Shown here: positions 26,889-35,864 of the stretch, piece by piece
How the letters are laid out: the number at the start of each line of letters is the position of its first letter
Numbering within the stretch: position 1 is the stretch's first letter
DNA from: a virus
IMG/VR virus record: IMGVR_UViG_3300045988_125828
Span: 4,999-68,998 of that record
DNA length: 64,000 nt
Strand: one strand, 5' to 3'
Notes under the pieces: generated by a model
Databases searched by the model: none
The model's input: only the letters and a program-made list of their open reading frames with translations
What the model was told of the DNA's origin: nothing
Position numbers and translations under genes: made by a program

Positions 26889-27293
26889 TTATTTTATCAC
26901 AAGGTCAGCCCTTATCAATGTAGCGCTAAACCCTAATCCGTCATTACCTTTCAATGTCAGCTTTGGGTTAGAGACGGTGATAACACTGTCACTAATCGGG
27001 AACAAGGAAAGAACTTTCCCAACAAGGGCGTCCATTACATTTAAATCTTCAACGCCGCTTTTCTTTAATCTCACGTAGACCTCTACGGTGCAGTATGTTT
27101 GTACGTTTCCAAAACCGCATCCGTAAGTCGAGGAAGTCAATTGTCCTGGCAGTGATACTACTATGAAATTATCCATTTGCTTAGGAACGGCAGCGGGTCG
27201 GTCATTGGTAAACACGTTATCACTAACCGCAGTTGCTGCATTAAACAATGATTTAAGCGCGTCTTTGTATTTAAAATCCTGCTCGTATCCCAT
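26889..27293 (-). CDS. tail completion/terminator protein (by position)
   Basis: 134-aa ORF immediately upstream of the major tail protein. Confidence 0.4.
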   Translation of the reverse strand: MGYEQDFKYKDALKSLFNAATAVSDNVFTNDRPAAVPKQMDNFIVVSLPGQLTSSTYGCGFGNVQTYCTVEVYVRLKKSGVEDLNVMDALVGKVLSLFPISDSVITVSNPKLTLKGNDGLGFSATLIRADLVIK

Positions 27294-27296
27294 AAC

Positions 27297-27836
27297 TTAC
27301 ATCGGTTTAAATGTCATCTTAGCTATGCTCTCTGCGTAATCGTATGTGTCGGAAAGCACATTCAGTCCTTTCTTGGATTCCAAATAGTTGGAATATTCAG
27401 TACCTGTGCACATTACCAACCCTATTACATCACGAGGAGACCTATAATTCTTGAGGAAATTTACAGATGTGGTTAATCCGTATTCTCCGTTGGTATCAAT
27501 CAGATTGTACTTTTTTATAGGTATAAGCCTTCCGCTTTCATAGCTTCTTACCATTATCACTCCAAGTCCGTCCCCTCTGCTCAATTTAGGGCGGGTAGCG
27601 TTCTTCAGTCCTTGTGTGACAACGGCGGTTATTATTCGGGAAAGCCCGCCTCTATAATAAATTCCGACAGCCAATGAAGTCAACGTGTTTCCTGTTACAT
27701 TATGGTATTGTGCCGATACTACTCCGTCATTCAGAAGCTTAATGGCGATCTCCGTTATTCTATCCAACATATAGTTGTCAATAACAGAATTAATCTTCTT
27801 CTTCGCGTCCTCCAAGACTTTAGTATTGTCTTCCAT
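27297..27836 (-). CDS. head-tail joining protein (HK97 gp10-like, tentative)
   Basis: 179 aa. NVTGNTLTSL resembles the TGxL motif of gp10-type proteins. Supported by position. Confidence 0.4.
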   Translation of the reverse strand: MEDNTKVLEDAKKKINSVIDNYMLDRITEIAIKLLNDGVVSAQYHNVTGNTLTSLAVGIYYRGGLSRIITAVVTQGLKNATRPKLSRGDGLGVIMVRSYESGRLIPIKKYNLIDTNGEYGLTTSVNFLKNYRSPRDVIGLVMCTGTEYSNYLESKKGLNVLSDTYDYAESIAKMTFKPM

Positions 27837-27839
27837 ACC

Positions 27840-28172
27840 TTAATTTTTAGCCAGATTGAAATACAACGTTGTTCCCATTTCCGTAGGATAACAATCAGTT
27901 ACAACACACGCTTTAAAGGTTCCTCCGTAGTCGGTAACGTCAACAAGATCTCCCGCGATAATATCCTTCACGAGTCCGGGAATATCTATGGCGTAATCGC
28001 TTTTTATAACGTTGCTTTTCGTAAATGTTCTCAAAGAGGAGCTTCCATACTTGTTGCATTCTCCCTCATACAGAACTGTTTCCGATCCGTCTTCAAACGA
28101 GGTTTCCCCCGAAATACGATACACCTTGCATGTATGCGGAAAACGTGGATTGTTTACTTTCATAGAGGCCAC
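27840..28172 (-). CDS. head closure/adaptor protein (by position)
   Basis: 110-aa ORF overlapping the upstream gene by 13 nt. Confidence 0.4.
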   Translation of the reverse strand: MASMKVNNPRFPHTCKVYRISGETSFEDGSETVLYEGECNKYGSSSLRTFTKSNVIKSDYAIDIPGLVKDIIAGDLVDVTDYGGTFKACVVTDCYPTEMGTTLYFNLAKN

Positions 28173-28561
28173 CTTTTGTTCATGTTCATACCCAAGTTGA
28201 CAATCTTAATAGACGATTTCTTAACATTCTCTCCATACAAAGCATATATGTCATTAGCCATTTGCCGTAAATTGCGCTTGTCATAAGCGGAACTCTCTGT
28301 ACCGCCTTCTTTATGTTTCCAAACGCCATTGGCATCCTCTACACTTCCCGTTACACTCGGAGTGCTCGCGCACCACATATAAAGATCTGCCCGGCATAAG
28401 TCCTTGAGACGCTTTTCGATTGTAGTTACATCAGAACCGGAGGTGATGCCTCTGTCAATCAATATCGTATTGATTGCGTTGTCTGTAACCTCGAAGCCGA
28501 CACAGCCACGAAGGTATTCTTCAATGGTTGTGCCGGTAGTTGTATTTAGAGAATCTTTCAT
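28160..28561 (-). CDS. head-tail connector protein (by position)
   Basis: 133-aa ORF directly after the capsid gene. Confidence 0.4.
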   Translation of the reverse strand: MKDSLNTTTGTTIEEYLRGCVGFEVTDNAINTILIDRGITSGSDVTTIEKRLKDLCRADLYMWCASTPSVTGSVEDANGVWKHKEGGTESSAYDKRNLRQMANDIYALYGENVKKSSIKIVNLGMNMNKRWPL

Positions 28562-28563
28562 GG

Positions 28564-29775
28564 TTATTTACCCTTAATGTTCAAGTAGTAGAACCAACGA
28601 ACCTTGTTAGGAACAACCAATCCGGTAACTTCCGATTTGATAGTCTGCGTCATGGTTTCGTCGTTGAATACTTGGCGAATCAGAGTACGCCCGCCGTCAT
28701 ACAAAGCAGTACGTGCACCCGGCGTTTCCATGAAGATAGGACGTCCGCATTGTACGTCTCCCAAATCTTCGTTCGGGACATACGCCATAACACCTTCCTC
28801 GAAGTTCTGCAAGGTCTTGTAGTTGATTTTCTGCGTATCCTTATCGTAGCTTTCTACTACGGAGATAGAATCAACCACTCTGATTTCAGCGCCGATACGA
28901 GCTTCGATAAACGCCTTGATTGCGTCATCTGTGACGAGGTTTGCAAACGCAAGTTGCATATCCTTGTCAGAAATATCCGGACGGTTGGCAACAGTGTACA
29001 TCTGACGGAAATACGGCAGATTGATGATGTCATCCCAAGTAGTCTTGCTTACCTCCCAATGTCCCTGCGGTGCAAAGTCTTTCTCTTTGCTGTATCGGAT
29101 GACATCACGCATCACCTTGATAGGGTCAATTGAAGTTCCTACGGCTGCTTCCTGTGAAACAACTCCTGTTGAATCGACTTTCTTGTACCAATAAGAATCT
29201 TTAATATTCTTCTTGGGAACACCAAAGTCTATTGACAATGAGATGCCAAGAGGATTGTTAGCTGCGTCAATAATCAGATTCCCTTTCTTGGAAATAACCT
29301 GATTTCTCTGATACAGGAACGTGTTGTAGTTACCTCCAAGCAAGCTGTCTACTCCATTAAACAGAAGTTCCATGATTGTAGCCTCTATTTCCGGTGTAGA
29401 ACTGCCGATAGCATCCATCAGCATCATCTTTTCACGCAAGATTTTACGGCTTAACGTAATCTCGTGCTTGAAAGTAGGCAATCCGCCCATTTGCAATGAA
29501 AGGCCGTCGGTTGACTTGGTAGCACCGTCACTGTCAATATCTACGTAGGTAGCCAGCGTGTACGGGCGAATTGTTGCCTCAATCTGTTCGTAAGTAGGAT
29601 TCAGAGGAATGTTAGGATTTAACGGGAAACCCATTTGGGCAAAAGTCTGTTCTGCGTTATACTTATCCGCAAACATGTCGTTAATCCATGCCTCCAACGG
29701 TTTGTTGCCGGTATATCCCATAGCAGCAAGCCCTCTTCCTACAATATCGTAAAATTCTTTGTTTCTTGTGTACAT
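28564..29775 (-). CDS. major capsid protein (lambda gpE-like arrangement)
   Basis: 403 aa, preceded by decoration-like and scaffold-like genes, matching the lambda D-E order. Confidence 0.75.
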   Translation of the reverse strand: MYTRNKEFYDIVGRGLAAMGYTGNKPLEAWINDMFADKYNAEQTFAQMGFPLNPNIPLNPTYEQIEATIRPYTLATYVDIDSDGATKSTDGLSLQMGGLPTFKHEITLSRKILREKMMLMDAIGSSTPEIEATIMELLFNGVDSLLGGNYNTFLYQRNQVISKKGNLIIDAANNPLGISLSIDFGVPKKNIKDSYWYKKVDSTGVVSQEAAVGTSIDPIKVMRDVIRYSKEKDFAPQGHWEVSKTTWDDIINLPYFRQMYTVANRPDISDKDMQLAFANLVTDDAIKAFIEARIGAEIRVVDSISVVESYDKDTQKINYKTLQNFEEGVMAYVPNEDLGDVQCGRPIFMETPGARTALYDGGRTLIRQVFNDETMTQTIKSEVTGLVVPNKVRWFYYLNIKGK

Positions 29776-29789
29776 ATTATCCCCCTTTC

Positions 29790-30509
29790 TTATTCATTGG
29801 ATTCGCGCACAAACTCAATCATAGGTAATTGTGCTTCTACTGATTTAGGAATACCGCCACCCGCTACGCGGTCCGCGTATATTCTGCCTGCTCTTACTAC
29901 GGCACATGTTGCAGAAATGCAACCTTCGGGGATGCAGACATCCTCAAATACAAGGCCGTTTACGTCACTTAAGTTTCCGCTTGCAGTTGCACCTTGCTTG
30001 GTAAGTTCCATTGTCCCTGTTACTCCGGTGCTTCCGGGGATAAACATGTAGGCCGGAACCATTGCAGCTGTCTTTTGCGTGAATGTCAGCACTGCGCCAC
30101 TTCTTTTCACATCCCACTCTGTGAAAGTGGCTTTGCCGCCTTCAATCTTTGTAGCGACCAGTTCGGGGGTTGTTTCCGAAGCGCTTGTTACTGCGATTGA
30201 GTAGCTTTTGCTCCCCAATACAAAGGATAAATCTCCGTTGGCGGTAGCCTTGTTGGTGATAGTCAGCGTTACTACCGCTTTTACGCCTGTCACTCCCTCC
30301 GCAGTAATCACCTCTACCTGTTTGCCAGGTCCGTTGAACTTAACCATTGTGCCAGCATGTATAATATCGCCAGGGTTTAATCCCATTCCGGCAACATCAA
30401 TCATACCGCCTCCTTGATACAGTTCTCGAACTCTCGACCATACAGGAAAATTACCGCCAAATTCCGACCGGAATTGACCGATAGTGTTGAATGTTCCTAA
30501 TTGTCTCAT
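29790..30509 (-). CDS. head decoration protein-like
   Basis: 239 aa, between the scaffold and capsid genes. Gly/Thr/Val-rich beta-type sequence. Confidence 0.45.
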   Translation of the reverse strand: MRQLGTFNTIGQFRSEFGGNFPVWSRVRELYQGGGMIDVAGMGLNPGDIIHAGTMVKFNGPGKQVEVITAEGVTGVKAVVTLTITNKATANGDLSFVLGSKSYSIAVTSASETTPELVATKIEGGKATFTEWDVKRSGAVLTFTQKTAAMVPAYMFIPGSTGVTGTMELTKQGATASGNLSDVNGLVFEDVCIPEGCISATCAVVRAGRIYADRVAGGGIPKSVEAQLPMIEFVRESNE

Positions 30510-30533
30510 CTTTTTTGTCTGTTTTAAAATGTG

Positions 30534-31193
30534 TTATTTGGTTTTCGGGAGCTTGCCTCTTGATTTCATTAACTCCTTAAAGGCTTCTCTTCGGCTTTTT
30601 GCCTGCTCTTCTCCGGTTTCCGCAAACTGATTGATACTTGGGGATGCTCCGTCTCCGAAAATCGCCTTGTATCTTTTCTCGTAGTTGCGTTTAGCACAGT
30701 TTACAATGTCCTCCACTTTCATTCCGTCTGTAATTTCCACATCGGAAATGGCAATGCCGAGGATCTCATCGTTGCAGATGTTTTTACCACCATTCTCGAT
30801 TTGAGATTTCAACTGGCTTTTGGATTCGGCCTTTAACTCGTTGATTGACGCGGCCCTTTTCTCCGCTTCCTTTTCCCCTTTTAGCTGCAAAAGTTCTTCT
30901 TCCATTTTTTTCAATTTGGCGGCAAGCGTTCCCTCGTTTGGTTCGTCTTTTGCATCGTCCGGGATTGGTTGAGGTTTGTAGTTTTTCTTGAAATCCTCAA
31001 CTTGTGTTGCGACATCATGATTGTACTGTCCTTGAAGCCCTTGAAGGAATCCCGTAGCCTTGTTGTAATAATCCTCGGGATCGACACCCTCCGATAACGG
31101 GTTCAATTCTATGTACTTCGTTAATGTCTGTGACGAAAGGCTGGTTTGTCCAAGTCTTGTCGTTAATTCGGATAAGATTTGTTCTTTCTCCAT
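30534..31193 (-). CDS. scaffolding protein
   Basis: 219-aa charged coiled-coil protein (KLKKMEEELLQLKGEKEAEKR), first gene of the capsid block. Confidence 0.6.
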   Translation of the reverse strand: MEKEQILSELTTRLGQTSLSSQTLTKYIELNPLSEGVDPEDYYNKATGFLQGLQGQYNHDVATQVEDFKKNYKPQPIPDDAKDEPNEGTLAAKLKKMEEELLQLKGEKEAEKRAASINELKAESKSQLKSQIENGGKNICNDEILGIAISDVEITDGMKVEDIVNCAKRNYEKRYKAIFGDGASPSINQFAETGEEQAKSRREAFKELMKSRGKLPKTK

Positions 31194-31216
31194 CGTGTTT
31201 TATTTAGTTGTGTTAT

Positions 31217-31261
31217 AAAAAAAAAGAGCCTATCAACGCTTTGTGCGTCAATAAGCTCTTT
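31217..31261 (-). terminator. intrinsic terminator T1 between the Com-like ORF and the scaffold gene
   Basis: Minus strand reads AAAGAGCTTATTGACGC-ACAAA-GCGTTGATAGGCTCTTTTTTTTT, about a 17-bp helix plus a U9 tract. Confidence 0.7.
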
Positions 31262-31284
31262 GGCTTGCATATCTAATATTACTA

Positions 31285-31464
31285 TTATTCCTTCGTCAGT
31301 CTAACTCTCATAAATTTACGGCATCTCCTGCATATAATCCTAATGGAAGAACTTCCGCAAACTTCCTCAACGTCCATTATTTTCTGTTTACACACCGGAC
31401 ATATTGCGAAGTTTCCTTTTCTATCAGGTAACTCTTCATCGAGTTGGACATCAATTTTTATCAT
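31285..31464 (-). CDS. Com-like zinc-ribbon protein (59 aa)
   Basis: MIKIDVQLDEELPDRKGNFAICPVCKQKIMDVEEVCGSSSIRIICRRCRKFMRVRLTKE. The CPVC...CRRC spacing resembles the phage Mu Com family. Below ORF-track cutoff. Confidence 0.45.
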   Translation of the reverse strand: MIKIDVQLDEELPDRKGNFAICPVCKQKIMDVEEVCGSSSIRIICRRCRKFMRVRLTKE

Positions 31465-31483
31465 ATCACATGATTTAATAATG

Positions 31484-31573
31484 CAAATATATCATCTATT
31501 TTCTATAAAAACAATATTATAGACATATTTTTAAGGGTAAAATTTAGAAAATAGATGAAAAATCGTATATTTG
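31484..31573. promoter_or_regulatory. divergent late-type promoters with a 14-bp inverted repeat
   Basis: Minus -7 box (CAAATATA 31484-31491) abuts TCATCTATTTTCTA 31492-31505. The inverted copy TAGAAAATAGATGA lies at 31545-31558, followed by the plus -7 box TATATTTG 31566-31573. Confidence 0.55.
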
Positions 31574-34341
31574 CACTATATATTACTCATAGAGCTGTGA
31601 ATCAAGCCGGAGTATGCAAAATCATATTGCATGCGACGGCTTATTTTTTTATGGAATACGACGGAATTGTACATACAAAAAATGGAGAAGGCGTATTTAC
31701 TTATGCGCACATAGAAAAGCTGCGTGAATATGGAAATCCGCTTAATATAATCGCCCAAAAAGGATGTCAAGAAAAGTTCCTTGCGTCTCCGGCAGATATT
31801 ACTATATTTGGAGGAAACCGTGGTGGCGGAAAAGCGCTGATATTCAATGAATTAGTGTGTACTCCGTTCGGATTTAGAAAAATCCAAGACATTAAAGCGG
31901 GCGACATAATCACTGGTCTTGACGGAGGAATGCAAAGGGTTGTTTACAATTCCTATCAGGGATTTAAAGAGTGCGTAAGGCTTAAATTCGTTGACGGCTC
32001 TTATGCTGACTGCTGCATAGATCACTTATGGAATATCAAGCAATCTAACCATTGTTCAAAGAAAAGGGCTTTATATAACCTCCCCTTAGAGGATGAATGG
32101 CGAGTGTGGACTACTCAAATGATTATAGACCACATGAAAAAGCAGAAGGGGAAGAAGCAGTCGCGTCATTTATCTGTTCCGTTGTGCAAGCCCGTTCGAT
32201 TTACCAAAGGAAAATATTTCAAGCCTAAATTCAGCCCGTATCTGATTGGTGCACTCATTGGGGACGGATGTATTGCCGATAGTGTAATCAGTAAGAACTG
32301 TTGTTATTTATTTAATCCTGACGAGGAAGTCATTGGCGAGTTCAAGAAATCAGTAGGGTATTCTTCTTGCGAGTTTGAGAAAGGCTGCTACCGCATGCGC
32401 ATCAACGACAAAGAGCTTATCGCAGAGATTCAGAAATTGAATATAACAGGGCGTGCGGCAGATAAACACGTCCCTGACATGTATTTATATGGGACGCTGG
32501 AGGAAAGATGGGCGCTTGTTCAGGGCTTAATGGATACCGACGGAACTATTGATGAAAGAGGGCACCTGTCTTATACTACAATAAGCAAACAGCTTGCGGA
32601 AGATGTAAAATTCCTTATCAACAGTTTGGGAGGATTGGCGACAATTGGCAGAGGCACCGCGGGGTATAGAAATAGCAATGGAGAATTTATACAATGTAAT
32701 GACGCATACACTCTTTATATAAGAATCCCGGATGCCGAAAGGATGTTTCGCGTAAAAAGGAAAAAAGAAAGATGCAAACCTTATAATGGCGGGATAAGCA
32801 TCAATGCGAGAAGAATCATAGGCTACGAGATGATAGGGAAGAAGGAGTGTTGCTGTATTGCAGTGACCAATCCGGACAGTTTGTTTCTAACAAGGGATTT
32901 TATTGTCACTCATAATTCTTGGGCCTTGCTAATGGAGGTCTTGAAAGATATAAATAACCCGAATTTTGCTTCCGTAATCCTGAGAAACGAAAAAGAGGAC
33001 TTGAGTAATATAGTAAACAAGTCTTATGAGCTTTTCTCTCAATACGGAAAGTACAACCGCTCTATCTCGGATATGACTTGGAACTTCTATAACGGAGGGT
33101 TTTTAAAGTTTTCCTATTATGCGGATTCTTACGAAGACTTCGTAAAGCGTTTTCAGGGAAAAGAGTTTGCCTTTATCGGTATAGACGAAATCACTCACTC
33201 TGATTACCTGAAGTTCAAATACCTTATTACCAACAACCGTAATGCCTACGGTATAAGAAACCGTTTTTATGGCACATGTAACCCTGATCCGGATAGCTGG
33301 GTACGTAAATTCATAGACTGGTGGATTGATGAAAACGGTAACCCTATTCCGGAGCGAGACGGGGTAATACGCTATTGCTTCATGGACGGCGACCGACCGG
33401 AAGATATTTACTGGGGGGATTCCGTAGACGAAGTTTATAACCAATGCAGGCATATCATAGATCCGTTACTTACGCCTGGTCTTATCAGTAAGGGTTACGA
33501 CAAGTCGGCATTCGTGAAGACAGTCACATTCATAAAGGGAAAGCTTGAAGAGAACGTTGCTCTTATATCTTCCGACCCTAATTATTTAGCCAACCTGGCC
33601 CAGCAGGACGAAGAATCTCGCGCAAGGGACTTGGAGGGAAACTGGAACTTTAAAGCTGCCGGGGATGATATTATCAAGATGGAACACATGGAGCGCTTCT
33701 TTAAAAATACCGCCCAATACGGAGACGAGAAGCGCAGGGTATCATGCGATATTGCATACGAGGGAGGAGACAACCTTGTCTTGTGGCTGTGGATCGGAAA
33801 CCATATCGAAGATGTGTATGTGAGTAGGGATAATTCCAAGCGGACGGAAGAGTGTGTTGCCTATAAACTTAGAGAGTGGGGCGTGCTGGAAAAGGATTTT
33901 GTTTTTGACTTAAACGGCCCCGGTCAGGATTTTAAAGGGAAATTCCCCGATGCGGTCAGATTTAATAACATGGCTGCTCCGATACCCGCGACAAAAGCGG
34001 ATGAGAAATCAATCAAGTATGTGTACTCCTCTTTAAAATCACAGTGTGCAGATATTCTTGTAAAAAAGATAAAGAACGAGGAGATATCCATAAATTCCGA
34101 TTTGTTATCGCGCAAATTCTCCGGAAACGGATATTCCGGAGTAACCCTTTATAATATTCTTATGAAAGAGAGAAAGGCTATTCGGGACGCGGAAACAGAC
34201 AAAGGGTTTGCCTTAATTAAAAAGGAGACTATGAAAAAATACGTAGGGCACTCTCCTGACTTTATAGAAGCGATGATTTACAGACAAATTTTTGATATAA
34301 AAAAACATAACACAAAACCAAAAGGATTATGGAGATTATAA
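31555..34341 (+). CDS. terL: terminase large subunit, interrupted by an intein
   Basis: Walker A GGNRGGGK|S is split by the insert. Walker B-like FAFIGIDEITH is present, and the portal gene follows. The real start is probably ATG 31651 (MEYDG), downstream of the promoter and terminator. Confidence 0.9.
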   Translation: MKNRIFALYITHRAVNQAGVCKIILHATAYFFMEYDGIVHTKNGEGVFTYAHIEKLREYGNPLNIIAQKGCQEKFLASPADITIFGGNRGGGKALIFNELVCTPFGFRKIQDIKAGDIITGLDGGMQRVVYNSYQGFKECVRLKFVDGSYADCCIDHLWNIKQSNHCSKKRALYNLPLEDEWRVWTTQMIIDHMKKQKGKKQSRHLSVPLCKPVRFTKGKYFKPKFSPYLIGALIGDGCIADSVISKNCCYLFNPDEEVIGEFKKSVGYSSCEFEKGCYRMRINDKELIAEIQKLNITGRAADKHVPDMYLYGTLEERWALVQGLMDTDGTIDERGHLSYTTISKQLAEDVKFLINSLGGLATIGRGTAGYRNSNGEFIQCNDAYTLYIRIPDAERMFRVKRKKERCKPYNGGISINARRIIGYEMIGKKECCCIAVTNPDSLFLTRDFIVTHNSWALLMEVLKDINNPNFASVILRNEKEDLSNIVNKSYELFSQYGKYNRSISDMTWNFYNGGFLKFSYYADSYEDFVKRFQGKEFAFIGIDEITHSDYLKFKYLITNNRNAYGIRNRFYGTCNPDPDSWVRKFIDWWIDENGNPIPERDGVIRYCFMDGDRPEDIYWGDSVDEVYNQCRHIIDPLLTPGLISKGYDKSAFVKTVTFIKGKLEENVALISSDPNYLANLAQQDEESRARDLEGNWNFKAAGDDIIKMEHMERFFKNTAQYGDEKRRVSCDIAYEGGDNLVLWLWIGNHIEDVYVSRDNSKRTEECVAYKLREWGVLEKDFVFDLNGPGQDFKGKFPDAVRFNNMAAPIPATKADEKSIKYVYSSLKSQCADILVKKIKNEEISINSDLLSRKFSGNGYSGVTLYNILMKERKAIRDAETDKGFALIKKETMKKYVGHSPDFIEAMIYRQIFDIKKHNTKPKGLWRL
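31604..31650 (+). terminator. promoter-proximal intrinsic terminator just before the terminase start
   Basis: AAGCCG 31604-31609 pairs with CGGCTT 31637-31642, with inner helix ATGCAA/TTGCAT. Followed by A plus T7 (31644-31650) and then ATG 31651. Confidence 0.6.
31834..32916 (+). mobile_element. intein (361 aa) with LAGLIDADG homing endonuclease, inserted in the terminase P-loop
   Basis: Begins ALIFNELVCTPFGFRKIQDIKAGD (Hint block A with Ala1) and ends FIVTHN followed by Ser. Contains LIGALIGDG and LVQGLMDTDG LAGLIDADG motifs. Removal restores GGGKSWALL. Confidence 0.8.
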
Positions 34342-35864
34342 ACACACGCCAGATTATGGTACGTCGTCCGTTCCGGAGGATATTGCCAAATGGCTATAAA
34401 GCCGCTGCCGGGGTTATTTCAGGAAACACCCTCATCGATGAACCGTCTGATAATCCTACGTATCAGATAATAACTCAAATGGACTTCATGCGTGAGTTTG
34501 AGCCTTCGGGACATGCGATTAATGACCCGCTGGTATATCCTGACAGGTTAAGGCAGGACCCGGAGACGAAGCAATGGTTCAGGGAGTATGTTATCAGATG
34601 CGCTTTTGCTTTTCAAAGGATAATAACGGTCAAGCATCTTGTCCACCTTTGCGGGAATGATATTCAGTTTGAAATGGAAGGCGATACCGAGAATGAGAAA
34701 GTGAAAGAAACCTTCTTTAAATTTAGAACGGGATGGGCCGTAAAAGACATGGAAATCGCATGGTACGAGGCCGCTAAGTCTGTAAAGATAACCGGAGATA
34801 CGGCATTTGTGGGATACCTTAGAAAAGGAAAATTCTATTGGAAAGTCCTTTCTTTTGAAAAAGGTGATGTTTTGTATCCTCATTTTGATAATGTTACAGG
34901 AGAGCTATCCTTGTTTGCCCGTTCTTATTCCGATTACGACAGCAGCGGGAATATTGTGACCGACTGGCTGGAGGTGTGGGATGAAAAGTATCTCCGTCGC
35001 TTTAAAAAAGGAGGAAAGGGATACAGCAAAATCAAACAAGTAATAAAAAACTTATTTGGATTGGACGGTTATGAACTCGTCTCCCAGCAAGAGCATGGGT
35101 TTACGTTTATCCCTGTGGCTTACCATAGATGCGATGCCGGAGCTTGTTGGTCTCCCTCGCAAGACAGTATAGAGCAATACGAACTCGCTTTCTCCCAGCT
35201 ATCTCAAAACAATACAGCCTATGCGTTTCCGATTATGTATTTCAAGGGAGAAAATATAAATATAGATGGAGGTGTTGACGGAACTGTAAAATGTATCACA
35301 ATGGGGCCGGACGATGAAGCCGGATACCTTAACAAACAGGATGTATCTACGGCTTTCGAAAAGCAGCTCGATACTCTTTACAAGCTGATATATGAACAGT
35401 CGTTTGCGGTAATTCCTCCGGAGGTAAGAAGCGGCGATCTTCCGGGTGTGGCTATAAAGCTTCTTTATTCACCGGCGTTTGAGAATGCGATGAAGGATGC
35501 GCAAGAATATAACCGCCTCGTGGACGACATGGTGAAGATTTTCACCTATGGATACGGAGTGGAAACGGAAAATCTTATAGACCTGCAAAACTTGAGTGTA
35601 TATGCTTGGATAAAACCCTATATCCATTTGAATGAATCGGAGCTTGTGCAGAATCTTGCCACTTGTGTGCAAAACGGATTTTTATCACGTCAAACCGCAA
35701 ATGAGCAAATTCAAATTTATAGCAATCCCCGCGACTGGGACAGGATAATGAGAGAGAAAAAAGAAGAGCAGCAGGCCGATATTCTTTATCAGCTCAAAAC
35801 CACGCAACCTACTCCTGAAGAAGAGGAACCCGAACACAACCCGGCCGGAGACGATAAGCAATGA
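34329..35864 (+). CDS. portal protein
   Basis: 511 aa, overlaps the terminase stop and precedes the Mu-F-like head protein. Acidic C-terminus. Confidence 0.75.
   Translation: MEIINTRQIMVRRPFRRILPNGYKAAAGVISGNTLIDEPSDNPTYQIITQMDFMREFEPSGHAINDPLVYPDRLRQDPETKQWFREYVIRCAFAFQRIITVKHLVHLCGNDIQFEMEGDTENEKVKETFFKFRTGWAVKDMEIAWYEAAKSVKITGDTAFVGYLRKGKFYWKVLSFEKGDVLYPHFDNVTGELSLFARSYSDYDSSGNIVTDWLEVWDEKYLRRFKKGGKGYSKIKQVIKNLFGLDGYELVSQQEHGFTFIPVAYHRCDAGACWSPSQDSIEQYELAFSQLSQNNTAYAFPIMYFKGENINIDGGVDGTVKCITMGPDDEAGYLNKQDVSTAFEKQLDTLYKLIYEQSFAVIPPEVRSGDLPGVAIKLLYSPAFENAMKDAQEYNRLVDDMVKIFTYGYGVETENLIDLQNLSVYAWIKPYIHLNESELVQNLATCVQNGFLSRQTANEQIQIYSNPRDWDRIMREKKEEQQADILYQLKTTQPTPEEEEPEHNPAGDDKQ

Noticed and set aside
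31555-31650. N-terminal 32 codons of the terminase ORF as given in the track
   Set aside because: This stretch overlaps the promoter -7 box and the leader terminator. ATG 31651, right after the T-run, is the more sensible start.
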